From Phoronis australis (taxonomy: Eukaryota; Animalia; Phoronida): a DNA stretch of 64,000 nt. Both the position numbers and the translations under genes were made by a program. Location of the stretch: contig NMRA01000127.1 in NCBI GenBank assembly GCA_002633005.1, positions 62,001 to 126,000 of the forward strand, in the 5' to 3' direction. Below, one piece after another: positions 1 to 14,000 of this stretch (its first letter is position 1; each line of letters opens with the position of its first letter). A model generated the notes under the pieces. It was not told the origin of the DNA. It made no database searches and saw nothing but the letters and a program-made list of their open reading frames with translations.

Positions 1-1084
1 TCTACTACGGATTCAGTTAGCATCAGTGTTGCCGAATTTTTGTTGTAGAGGAAACAGGAATCACATTCAAAACACATAGGCAGCAAATGGCTGAAACAGC
101 GCTTAGTCAGGATTTAGTCATCAGTGTACTCAGTGCGTGATCTCGTTTTTTGACCCGGAGTCTCTCAGTTTGTCATCGTCGCCGACTACGGCGGGCCCAA
201 TTCGAATCGATTTTCATGAACAACTCATTTATAAAGTCTCGTTATTGGCGCATTGTTATTATACCTCCTAGTAAGAAAATACCACACGATTATTACGCAC
301 ATGCATAACCACACACAAGTAATTCATCTTGTGAAGTCCATGTACAGAGCAGGTACACCCGTGATATTTCGAGAGAACATTTATTACTTTTTGTTATTTA
401 AAGTTCTGATTGCATGGTGCAGTGACTTACTATAGGAAATGCAGTTGCTGAATTGTAATGCTTAGGGGACAATGATATTTGTACTCGAAACGAACTCAAA
501 ATTATTTTTGGCAGTTTCTCTGTTACTTTTGTGCGAACTCAGGATAAATGGTTAATAGACTTTGCTCGAATAGATTATGGTTTACGCATATGAGTTTCTA
601 GTCCAAGTTTGTACTTGATGACCCTTGTATTCGTGCTACAAATTCGAGTAAAACCTCGACATTTCAAGTCCAAACCCCAACTTTTATCCTTAATGTTGGG
701 TTTATCAACTACAAACTAGAACTAAGAATTACCCACGTAAGTCATTATGTACTCGAGCATAGAATAAAATAATAGGCACTTACCTTGAGTTCGCTCAAAA
801 AGAGTAGAAAATGCCAAACATAATTTCGAGTTCCATTTCGAGTAAAAAGATTAGATTCCGGGCCCTGGTATTCATTTCTTGTCTTAGATGCACACGTGAC
901 GGGTTGATTGATTGTTTTACAGGCACTTAAGACGTAAAGACATCGCGTCACGTGAGACTCCGCACCACACCAAGGAGTCTAGTTTAGATGACCTCAAAGA
1001 GCCTCAGTACTAAGTTTTTGTAGGCTTGAACTTGTGCCAAGGAGTGATATTTACAGAACGTAAATATTTTTATGGAAATCAAAA

Positions 1085-2044
1085 ATGGATATAGACGTGG
1101 AAAAAGGTTTCGTCGATATGCAGGACAGTGCTCGTCGGGTGACAGAGGATATGAGTCACTTTCAACTGCATAACGAACTATCGACAAAAGCTTCGGAAGA
1201 AAGAAACGCCCCCCGACCAAAAAAATTGGTATGGCAAAGGGCTGTTAAGAAATTAGTTGATCTTCAGCGCGAAGGCGAGGAGTTACCCGGGCTTGTAGCT
1301 AGAACTAACAGCTTGAGAAAAATCACGCCGGTTTCAAAAGAGTTTATCAAAGAAGTTAACGATAATGAGGAAACGTTTGAGCACCATTCGACAAGCAGCT
1401 CAGGTGGCAAGAACAAAACCAAAATTCACCCATCTTTTGATTCCTTTGAAGGACAAGCGGACAGGTTTTTCCCGTCAAGCTGCATTCGACGAGGTATTAT
1501 ATTTCCACTACTGAATCACACCTTTACATCTCCAGTAGCGGAGAGCTTATATCAAAGATACTTCAGACGCCAACAACAGAAATCTCTCGGAATCGTTCTT
1601 GCGATCAACTCACTAGCACACCTAATCCTACTGATATACTTCATGGTGATGTATGGACCAGCACATGTTTCGATACTTTTCTACACGTCCACAAGTCTGA
1701 CTGTAATTGCAAGTATTGCAATGTGCGTATTTGTAAACTGCCAGCAAGTATCGAACACGTACATACATTGGATTAGTTTCTCGACTTGGTTTATGTTCAC
1801 GTGCCAAGGCATTGTGGCCTTGTTATCTCCGTTGGAAAATCTAAAGAGTATCATCGGGCAACCATATGCCCCAGAGAGCATCGGCGGAGTTCTCATAACT
1901 ATTTTTGTATCGTACACAATGATTCACATCCCCCTGAAATGGGCTGTAGGGTGCACCACAATGACTTCCGGGATGTACATCGTGGGAAAAGGCATTATAA
2001 ACAAACTTGTTGCTCAAACATCTGGAGGTTTTATTGTTCTAGAG
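1085..2044 (+). CDS. ADCY8: AC8-like exon 1 (N-terminus and most of TM block 1)
   Basis: ATG at 1085; hydrophobic helices; donor gag|gtaagt; 960 nt, phase 0. Confidence 0.9.
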
Positions 2045-5000
2045 GTAAGTGAAATGAATTTCCATCTGTTTATAAACCGTGAATACACAACAACGCGAGT
2101 GACTCTAATGAGCCTAAGCTTAACCAGGTACTTTGAATTCTCCTCTTCTTCTCGGCATTATTCAAGTCTTCTGCTACATGGAAATTTTTACGGATACAGT
2201 GATAGTTTACATGCGCAATGAACTGTGAAAAACTTGAAAGTGGATCATTCACAGCAATTGGATTTTTTGTTTCAAGTTAATCCACCAATGGATAATCTGT
2301 GTCAGTCACGTGACATACATATGTAAATTATAGAGAACCTACCAGGACTTCCTTGGACTGCCATTTTTAAGACTCATTTATTAATCACTGCTTCACTTTC
2401 TCCTACTCACCGTTAACTTTGAAGGACTTAACGGTATAGCACGTTTTATACATTTATACATCGAGCCGGACTGTTCGGAGGAAGTGTCTTCGTTATTACG
2501 ACAGAGACATCAACTTCTGTTTTACGACCCTATTTTCGCTCGTTAATTTAAGCCCGTAATTTTAGCAGGACGTAGATTTAAGTCATACCAGTCCACAAGA
2601 CCACCAAACACGCAAGTAATGCTCAGTTGATACTGTTTGTGGCGCATATCTTGAATTACGGACGTAAGATTACGAGAGAAAAATACGAGCGAAACATTAC
2701 GAGCGTACAAGTGCTCCAAAACATACGTGACCTACAAATCAATTCCTCCTAGATTTACCGATTACGATGGTAAAACACGAGCGCTGTCTCGTCGGTCGTA
2801 ATCACGGGCTGTTACGGCAACCCTGTCAGTTACACCTTCAACCGTAGTGTTACGGTGTATTTAGATCGGATGCACGTAAGAGGCCTTTGTTTTATGGTCT
2901 CGCTGAACGTGTTTTGAAATCATATTTCGCTTAAAGCGATTCGATTGATGAGGAAACATACTAACCGCGGTCAAAAAAATCCCATATCACCAGGAAAATG
3001 TGTTTAGGAAAATGGTATTTCAATATTGAAAGAACGCTGATAATTTCAGTTTCTGAACACTAGCGTTCCAGCAAAGATATTTGTCTATAAAAATACCACA
3101 AAATTGGAATTTTTCAACTCTGTCAATAATGTGAGATAGTGAAGAACGGTGTCTCTTTTTTAATAAGTAGAAAACCTTTACGGGAATTCATGTTAATAGT
3201 TTTTCTTCATCAGTATAACTCTGTTCTGCTTACACTTGTCTGTCAGTCACGTGTTTGCTGAAAGCCTAGTGCCGTGCTAAAAGGCGACATCAAGCGTTCT
3301 AGCGTTTCTGGCTCTGTATACACTTGAACTATTTGTCTATGCTCAAATAACTTTTCGTCATAATACTTTACAAAATATGCATTATGCGAGTTGCACCGAG
3401 CGGACCCATTGGAGAAAAAAAGGGGCTTACTTTTGACCTTATGGTGTTTATGTTTTTAACGCCCAGCAATAACATGATATATTCTAAAACACCTGTCAGA
3501 GATGTTGCGTTTCATTATCAGCCAATTGTAGACACTGCCAATCGTCGTCAACCTGTTGGTCATAATTATTTTTAATGTATTCCACGTTGGATGAATTAAC
3601 CTTTCGTGACCGCGTGAGCTATGAGATATTGTAAGTACGCCAGCGAAATATGCCCTCAGTTTCGATGACAAAGCTTTGTTACGGTACTTGTATGTACTAT
3701 ACACGTTTATCAGCAGATATATTACGTGACTAAATTCACAAACCGTGTCACAAATAATTTCGATTTGAACCTGGTTCTGGTATGCGCGTGGCGCAACTCC
3801 CAGCGAATGCATTTGTCAAATGCATCATGCAATAGTTTGGGGTGTTTTTAAGGACACATGTAGCGCCATCTTTAGGAAACATTGTTTTGGTTCATACGGT
3901 GCGACGTAACCCTTTGTGTTGTTTCTTTACTGCACCTACTTAGCGTTCCGAATTACACGTGACAAAATCGTATTATGGATCGAATGGAGTCCTTTGGTTG
4001 CCTCATCAAGAAGATTCGCAACTATCTCAAACTTATTGTATTCCAGTTTGATGTTTAAGATACTGCTTAGGGGCTCTGCATAAAATAGGGACCCTGTCTG
4101 GTATCCACAATGGCGCCTCAGAAGTGGTGGGGGTGGGAAATATGGCATAAATAATCTCCCTTGTCTCCGTGATTCCGCCACCTAACTTTAACTTTTTGAA
4201 TGTCATCCACCCATATAACAACTACTGTGCTTAACTCGGAGACATTTTAAATGACTTGCGAAGTATGCTTTAAATCGGAAATAATAATATTACGTTCTTT
4301 CCTAAGAAGCAAACTTTAAAGACTTAGGAACATTATCAAAGCGGGATGAAGTGGTTTCTGGGTTTGCATAATACTGACAGATCGCCTTTCCTTGAGACCA
4401 TGTTTGGCGCGTAAAATGACAAGCAAACTTGTTGAGTCTGTTGTCTTGCAATAATGATCTGTCATTTCTTTCGAATCCATCGGATCACTACTGATTTGTG
4501 TACGGAACAACTTGAGACCGATTCTATTACTGTTGGGGGTTTATACGGGGTTTACTACATGAAGCTTGAAGTTACTCGGTGTTTCAGCATTAGGAGTATG
4601 TCAATGCCTCACGCTGAATCAACATTTTTAATGTCTCATTCAGGTTAAATATTGCTTGTGAGTGGTATGACGCTACGTAAATATTGCCGTTTCGTCGGTC
4701 GGTGGTATTCAGGTTAAACATTGCTTGTGAGTGGTATAACGCTACGTGTATATTGCCGATTCGTTGGTCGGTCGTATTCCGAAACCATGGTAAATCCCAT
4801 TTTGTCCCGAGTTGATAACAAGATTGTGTTTCTAAAACCCGGTTAAAAACGGAAGATATCAAATAAACTTTAAATATATATTATCAAGACCGCTAGAGCC
4901 ACCAATATAAATTCGCTGTGTAGTTGAAGATTACAATCATAAAACACGCGAAAAAGAGTTTAAGCTGTCGGAATCCTCAAGAACAGCTTTGTTCATTCGT

Positions 5001-8000
5001 TGGTTACTACTGTTTAGAAGTTTACGAACATCGTTGCTTTTTTGTTTTCAATTTGTGCGAGCGACAGCTTATCACTTTAACACAAATACTATGGAACGTC
5101 CTTAGTCATCTTGTGATGACTCAGTTGGACCCGTAGATCAGATCTTCTGGTGACTGTTCAGCTGCACGAGTTGTGCGCTTTTTTGACACATTCGACGAGT
5201 TCGGAGACACGTGACAGAGTTTTTGTTAGAAAACCCAATAGGCATTGAGATAACGAACAGGCAGTTGAAGGAGACATTCACGTCCTTACTACATCTTCTC
5301 AATCGTGTTCTCAATTCTTTCCCCTTGAAAATGACTGGATTGACGTTTTGAAGACCTATGCCACTTGCTTTATATTTTCCTCGCTCAAAAACATTCTTTG
5401 AAAAAATGTTTTTTTTTGTCGTAGCCTGTAATTTAAAACGGCGTCACTGTCTTACAGGTGACATTTCGAACGATACAATGTGTGGTTCCCAGGGTCACAA
5501 CCGCGCATGCTCATGAGAACGGATTCTGAAGCAGTGTGCTAACTTATTAAAGGCGAAGGCAACCTTTTTCCATGTCATTTTGAGCCAAAATAAGGTGGGT
5601 TGGTTATCCTAGACATATTTTCCACTTAATTACTGCTTTTCTTAATTTTATTAATTACTCATCCGCTACTCCGGAAGTGACGTTTTAGGAGGCAAGCGTT
5701 TCCCGCCACTTGGTTTTGCGTTGACTTTACCGTGCGAATCTGTTCTATTCTACTTTTGTTTTGTGCTGTTTTTCAACAATTGTCGCCACCACTTTCCATC
5801 GGCGAGTATTCTGCGGCAAGATAGGTTAGTAGAGAACTCAACTACGTTGGATTTAGGGATTGTTTAGTGTGTTGTAAGCTGAAAATGGCTGGAGTCGGTG
5901 ACCCGTATCACAGTGACAGTAGTGTGAGTGACGGAGACCTTGTTCACAGCAGTGGTGACGAGGAATTTTTTCACGGACATTCAGTGGGTGGGTACATGTT
6001 TGAGCCCGAGTACAACGAGGCAGAGTACACACAGGCACAGGCAGCTGTTGAGAGAAACGAGGCGGCTACTGAAGACAGACGTGGTGACACATCTTGGTGC
6101 AAATGCACTGTGTGCGTTGTTATGCCTACCTCAATTGAATGCTTGTGCTGTTCCGAGTTCCACATCAATTATCTTTTTGGTCTCTTCCTCCATTAGAGTG
6201 TATGTGGTATACTTGGCGGACCGCCCTGGTGAGTCAGACAAGTTCTCCTTCTCCATGAATTCCGCCACCAACTCGAGATGTTGTGACATGTATGCGTCAT
6301 TGACAACTGGTATTAAATAGGAATTCTGAATGTTGTTGAATGTTGTTTTCGAAAAAAAACTTGACTTTTCCAAAGTCCATCATTGTCTTCACCGACTGAA
6401 ACGTGTTTCCAGTGAAGAGCACACCACTGGACATGGTTAAGTGGACCTCCGGCATACCACGGACAGAGGAACAACTGTCCCACTTGCCAGAGTGTCCCGT
6501 GACACACTCCCACTGGATGGTGACCTGAGCACCCAAACTGCTTACATTGTGTCGTGTGACTCCCTCGCCACACACCTGGCACCTTCTAAATAGCTCCAAC
6601 ACTTTAGACAAGTCCACAATAAACTTATCAAAGTTTGGCTCACCGATCTGTTCACTGGACGACGAACTGTCCTCTTCACTGGGTGTCGAACTGGGCCTGT
6701 AATCACTCCCACTACTCAATATCGCTGCAGGGCTGCTTAGAGGCTCTGGGCTGGAGAAAACAGCACAGGGCGAATCACTACTGGTTCCAGGAATTGCACG
6801 CTCTGGGGTACGTTCGGAGGCACGGGTGACAGTAGATGAAGTGCCTCCACTGGCTCCAGTCACTGTACTGGCCACAGCTCGCGAGGCTTCTCGCTTCAAA
6901 AACGCACTTCTCGGGGGTGGCGACGGGGCACTGCCGGGAATCAACACAGACGGAATGGCATCCTTCTTCAGGCGTTGTTTCGCAGGGACCTTCATCAGTT
7001 CAGCGTACAAATCCCTTTCGTAACCGGAGGGCAGAAAGTGCTTGCCACACACACGGTAATTCTCCACTGCTTTGTACGTTGCGTGGACGGGTAACGCTGC
7101 GTTCTTCACACGAACGAGCCAAGTACGGCGAAGTGTGTCATCCATCGGAAAGCGATGCAAAGGTACTTCCAAAGCGCGCGTGAGCCGATAATTAGTACAT
7201 TCCGGTACGCAGCAACAGTGTGGCATGTTGACTGACTAGTAAATGAAAGCAAACGACGACGGAACTTAACACAACCGAGGTAGAACAATGACTGACTCGG
7301 CAGCTCTCACAGTCAGACTATATGAAAAGAAATTGGCGCGAAATGCTTGCCTCCTAAAACGTCACTTCCGCAGTAGCGGACGAGTAATTAATAAAATTAC
7401 GAAAAGCTGTAATTAAGTGGAAAATATGTCTAGGATAACCAACCAACCTTATTTTAGCTCAAAATGACATGGAAATAGGTTGCCTTCGCCTTTAACTCTC
7501 TGTAATTGTCATACGCAATCCAACACGGGCAGAATCGCCCACCACGGGCAAACTCGCCCAAGGTCAGCGGCCAGTTTCTCGAAAAAACTGTAGTCAAAAG
7601 TGGATTTTTTTGTCTTTTGACTGACTTTTAGTCTACTCTTGAGTAGGCTAGGGATTTCTTTCTTTAGGCTTCAAGTCATGGTCAGATTTTCTGGTCTCAT
7701 GAAACAGGCTATGCCATCCGTAACCGAGTCTCTAATAAACAGCTTACAGGTGTTTTGTGACTTGTGGTTTCAATGCACTGACAGGATTTTTTCTACTCTG
7801 AACTCGTTACATCGATGTCAGAAAAATATTAATTGCGGCGGATTTTCCTTTTAAAGATCGTTCTTAAGATCACGTAGATGCATTTAGCCAAATATCTTCT
7901 AACTGGTGAATTTAACTAAATAAATGCATTTTGATTTTATTCTAGTCTGCCATGTCTTTTACTGGAAGTAAGCAAAAAAGGTACATTCATACCAAAACAA

Positions 8001-11000
8001 CGGTTTCAACAACGTTACCAAATTTTGTTCGACACAAATGTTCGAGATGAAATCTCAAAATTGCTGTTACAGTTTCCTAAGTTATCATTTCATTTTCATG
8101 CTCTAAAACGTTTGAGTTCTTTAATTTTTTGATATCCCCTTATGGAATATTTAAAAACAAGTCCTAACTTCGTTTTGAAGAACAGTGCATTACGCATTGT
8201 TAGTACCATGTACAGCTGTGAACATTTCATATAAATCTCATCTGTCATTTCTAATATTTGACACAGTTTTCTAGGACCCTACATAATCTTAAATGATTTT
8301 TATGCTAGCTAGCAATGAACCTGACAATATGCTCTAACGCTAAGTGGTCGCCGTGTTGTTTACCACGCTACTTGTAGGCAGGCTAATTTTATCATTATTG
8401 TGGTTTGCAAGCAATGGTGCGTTTGCCGGATTTTTCACGAAAGGCCAGCACACAAATCCTTGTATAGATCACAACAATCTGGCTATCGACACCAATTGTG
8501 TGGAAGGCCTCTCGTGGGGGTTTGTTCGCAATGCAAACGCTATGATGTCAAGAGAGTTAATGTGAAGCCCTTGATACTGACGACGATTTTCATAGACTGC
8601 CAGCGGGTTGCGTTTCGTCCACCCACGACACCTGCGAAGCAAAGGCGGCGAGAAATGGAACGGGATCATTGAATTCTATCACATAATTCAACACTGCAAC
8701 CTGTTCGATGTAGCTGTTTTGCTAGGGTACGCTAGTAAGCTCCCGACCATACTCGCGAAATTCTCGCCTTTCACTCGCGTTATTTTTGTGTGGCCTTGCG
8801 AGTTTCCCGCCTCTGAGGAAGGTAACCCCTGTATTTAAGCATGTAAACGTACTCACGCTTGGGGTAAATAGAACATGGAATCTTAGTGTTAATTGTCTGC
8901 TGTCTTGTGACGTCGGCCTCAATATATTGAACATCAAGGAAAGTGTACTTAGTGATTTCGCATCATAAAGAATAACTCAAGTCAACACTGGAGTCACACT
9001 CGTTACGTGATATTATGTAGTTTCACGGAGTGGATGCATTTTACTAATTAAAAGCGTCTCGTAGGTATAAATAAGTTAATGGTCATGTAATTAAGCAAGC
9101 CTTTTGTCGATCAACAGTCCGCAAACAAGTGGTGTGTAAGGTTGTTACCAAGGAGATGCCGATGGAACATGGATTGAATATGTATAAAATTTTGCTCAAC
9201 ACACAAACCAAATGCTGATATAATTCAACCCAATTCCTTGCATGAGACAATTATGAAACTTTTCAGTTTCGATCTTAAATCAATGAGGCAAGCCGAGACT
9301 ACACTTTTGACAAGCGGTGATGTATGTGTCAAACCCGTCGGTACAAGTTCCAAGAAAACTGAGCTAAACCAAATCTTAAACTTAAAGGGACACATTCTGT
9401 TGTAAAAAAACGCTTGATTGACACTGTATATGTGCAGCTACAAAACGAGTCTTGTCTTGTTCTTTACTCAAATTAGAAACGATTTCTAAACTTGAAAAGA
9501 CGTGACAAGTCATTATTGCTGCAGAGCAGACGCACTAATTGCATACTCATCGTTATCACTTTGCTTTAAATAATGATGACACATTATAGTTGCACTTTAT
9601 ACCTACTCAAAACTACTAGCAAATTACAAAAGAACGGAATTTGACACGTGATTTGCTACGTCGCAGCAATAGGCACTTGGCCTATCCGGTTAGTAGCAGA
9701 CGCACAGTGCCACCAAAACGACTTGATGTAGCAATGACAAAACATTGTAATAGGTTACATAGCGATGCCAAAATGAGCTAGGTTCCTCAAGTAATCTGAA
9801 ATTGAGTTACTTCCCGACCAGGGTATGAGTTCCCTTTCTTGCAGTTAGAGAATGAAGCTTCCGCTTTCATGCTGTCAAGTCGACGTGCTGTAGCGCTACA
9901 GCTATGCAAACATGCATTGCTTTGTCAATAAAGCTAATGATAGCGTATAAAACATTTAAAAACTAATGGGTCTCTCTAACGAATATTGAAAGATCATAAC
10001 TTTGATGTATGCGGCATTCTTTGCTGTCGTATTTCCTCTTCTAAATAAGGTTATCGAGTCTGATGGAGATAAGTATTTTCCACCGGGAATTTGCATTGTT
10101 TTTGGCGACTAGTTGACTTCTTTATTTTCTCATTCTGAAATAATAAAGCAATATCATTACGATGTTGTTTATTTTTACTCAATGTGTAAATGTCAACGTG
10201 TTTTGTTATTTTTTGTGTAGCTCAAATTTCGAAACACGTTTTTCTCGATTATCATCTCAAAGACCGGACATAGCATGGTTTCAGAATTCGCAAAATCTAC
10301 CGATAATTCACTTTATTTCACTTTGAAATGAGATTCTGTAACATTTCCAGTTTCCGTGGTGATTGTATGGCACCACCGCACGTTTTATCCTACAAGACCA
10401 ACGCACATCTTATGCGAACAGTGTAGACAGATACTCGGACAAAGAACGTAATTGGATGTACATGTACTTCTAATTGCTCTGTTATCTAGGCTAACTATTG
10501 GGTATACACGCTGAAAACATGTAATGAAACAAGCCACGCAATCGAGTTTTTGCTACATTGCAATGCAGCGACAAAGGGCGGCATTCCTCCTCTATTTCCT
10601 ACAAGAATATAAACTATGAGGCAAGGATTGCATTTGCCAAACCAGTTTTCAGTCAGGCCTAGACGTCGACCAATATGTAAGGATGTATCGTGACAACTAG
10701 CTGAAAATAGTCCCCAGAAGCCACACAATGCATGACAAACCAAACTCTAGCAAAATGGATAATTTATATGGTAGGCATGTATTGAAGAGTACCACCCCCC
10801 GCGAAAGACCGGTAAACTGAACAGTGGGGTGCATCCGTAAATGTTAACCAAATTTATAATATTGCTTAAGTAATCTTTTTTTTCGTTGCAGGCATTCTGT
10901 GATATTTTTCTACTCTTGTGTATACATATAGTCGGCTTGTATACGGGTTATCTGTCGGACAGAGCTCAGAGAAAGGCATTTTTGGAAATACGACGCTGTA

Positions 11001-14000
11001 TAGAGTGCCGGCACACGTTAGAGAAAGAAAACGACAATCAGGTAGGGCTCGTAAAGCGGGGAGTTCACTTGTCCGCTCGTGATTTGGTAAAGTAATTTTA
11101 ATTGAATAAAATGTCACCCGTCGAAACTGTTACTTTTGGAATAAATCGGGTAATTAAGAACACTTTTCAGATTTACATGGCATGGATTGGCCAGCGTGCC
11201 TTTGAGAAGTTCTGGGAAATTCTCGTGCTTGCAGATGGCTAAAGTTCAATTTGAGAATAGTAGTGGCTTAGTACAAAGTCGAATCTCATTATGGAGAAGT
11301 TTATGTAGACGACTGCGGATATAATCTTTTTAAAAGCGAACCAGTTAGTCATTGGCCCAATGTCGTCTTCGATCGTAGATGGGGGAATCACATTTTCAAG
11401 CATTTTTACGTTTCTTCAACTGCCTGCCAGTATGGTAATCCCATAAACTCCGAATAAGACGAGGGGCTTTATACCTAATGCATATAGGGCTATCATGGCG
11501 CCGGTGTGTTGATGGAGGCATTAGATGCTAGCAACTGCTGTCAAAACTGTAATGTGTTGAGATCTACGACTGGTCAAATTGATAAATTCAATTGCATCAA
11601 GATCTTTTACCATCAATTTCAGATTAGCTTCCGATAACTTTAAGGATAACCCTGGAGTTTGCTTAAGAGAGGGAATGACGGCATGGAAGTCTGGTCTGTG
11701 CGCATTGCATTTCAAATTGACATTTTTATTTTTACCGCAGGAGCGCTTGCTGTTGTCTGTTCTACCACGATTTCTCGCGTTAGAGATGATCAACGACCTG
11801 ACTTCAGAAAACGTTGATGAGGATCTACCACCGCAATTCCACAAAATCTACATTCATAGATATGAAAATGTTAGGTGAGGCCTTGGTTTTTCCTATGAGT
11901 ATAACCACGCTTTCCCCGCAAAACCGAATCATTTGTTTATATAGGATTATATGCACACAGTACAATATGAGTTTTTGGCCATGACTTTAATACTGGTAGA
12001 AATCAGCGACAAAACATTTCTCGATAACATTCCTATGGATATATACGTAATATACATATATACCTATATACATTATCAGGCGTTTAGCTGAACTTCAGTC
12101 AAGCATCACCGGTGACCATGCAACCATTTAATGGTTCTCAAGCAAACCTACAGTACAAATTGAACCTTCGCCGGGCCATGCACATACCACACACAATCCA
12201 AGCGCCCTCTTTAGGCACACGTAGTCAACACAACACACCAGTGACTACATTTCCGCTGGGCGACTATCTTGTGTATTTTTATCACTGAACGTTGATTTCA
12301 AAGACCCCACCTCCTCCGCCGTTGATTCACAGAGGCTCAATATACTTTAAACAACAATGTTACAACAACACAGTTACACCTGTGGCCATGATGTGATTGC
12401 ACGTTACTTAACTCTTACAAGTAGTGGACTGAAATTAAATAGTGTAGATTGCTGTGAAATGGAACATCTATCGAAATTAGTCACTGATAAAGCTTTGATC
12501 AGCGCAACCGCAGACAGTATATGTATACATCACATAAGAATGTTATCGTGAGCAGTTTTGTCGATTGACTTAGAAATTAGTGAAAAACGTAACATTTTCA
12601 AATATCACTGAGTTTGTATATTTTCATAAGTCTTTTCCGAAATTGATCCGCCTTTTGACTGAAAGACGAAGCTTTGCACCGCCACCTGGTGATAGAAAAC
12701 CTATGTTTTCGACTGCTATAAATGAAGAATTTTCCACAAGAGTAAGATAAACGTCGAAGTAGAATTAACAATTAAGCCTAAATGTTTCGAGCCTTTAATT
12801 GTTCTTCCCTATGTGGCGTTGACTTCCACCTCGTCCTGCAGCCTGTCACAGCCCTTTGAGAAAGAGCAATTATGGATGAAACGTTGGGTTTTAATACAAT
12901 TTTATACGAACGATTGTGTTTGGCGACCTATGAAAAATTCCGATTTGTCATAAGGTCGCCAATGCGAGTATCAAAAAAGCCAATGTTTCAAGGTTCACGT
13001 TGACTTCCAAACTTGAAATTACTAATACTGTTCTTAGATTCATTACCTTGATTCATAATTGTTCCGTTTATACCGTGAATTGAACGCATTTGCCACCACG
13101 TTTAAATCATAACACAGTTTTACACGTTTAGTATGAAGCTATTTTGACGTTTTGGATCCCGTCACAATGAATAAAATCCAATTGCTAAACTTAACAATAT
13201 ACCTATTAAACCATTTTTTTACATAGCGCCTTAAATTACTAATCGACTTGAAAGTGCTGTATTTGTACATTTATTTTCCTCTGAGGATCGCTTGGCTTGT
13301 TTTTGGTCGCCGTCTCACCGTGTATTTGGGCAAATTGCAGATTGATATGTTAACTGCAGTTGTCGAAAGCTGATGTAACTTATTCAAAACCTTAAGCAAT
13401 CATGTTATGCGAAATATATTCGTTTGAGGACTTATTTACGGTTCATTTGTAATGCGCGTGCGTTTACCTCCACCTGCCGCGCTGGAGCCGGTGTATCTGT
13501 GTTGGACGTTTGAGACGTTCGTGTAAAGATGAAGGTCTGGATGAAATCTGACGTCAGTAAAGTACCTTATCACGTGCATCTTGCCATTACTTTGCGTCGG
13601 GTCAACCTATAATTAAACTGTCGTTATTGCGCAATAAAAGATCAGCGCAGCCACTTGTTTTAACCAACCTTTCACCAAAAGCAAATCTTTTTAGTGAGCC
13701 TACTCACTATGTCTTATAATGCCTTACTTTCGACTTGTTCCTAACTTAGTAAGTGCGCTTTTGAGTTGTAGGGAATTATTTTTAGAGCCATGTGCTAACT
13801 GTGCCGTGATAAATGTGACAACCCACATCTATGAAGTAAAGGCGACAGCATGGCTACATGTATATTTGGATGAGTTACGTAGCGTTCAAATTTGAGCGCG
13901 TTTAGCGATAAGGGTGGAAATCCATTGTGGCAGTGCAAATTTATTTTGCAGCCAATGCCGGGCACACAAATGTATTATTTTTTCTTCCATTTTACCTTTA

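Larger units (their letters stand above)
5551..7491. mobile_element. Kolobok-type DNA transposon, internally deleted, in AC8 intron 1
   Basis: TTAA at 5547-5550 and 7492-7495; AG...CT termini; ~158-bp TIRs; convergent THAP-transposase and Cys-rich accessory ORFs. Confidence 0.88.

Noticed and set aside
2045-2221. C-terminal extension of the 378-aa ORF
   Set aside because: Read-through into intron 1 past a consensus gtaagt donor.
6297-7226. Domesticated host THAP gene or P-element
   Set aside because: It is enclosed by TIRs with TTAA duplications and followed by a Kolobok-type DSPG-SAKY motif; P-elements make ~8-bp TSDs.
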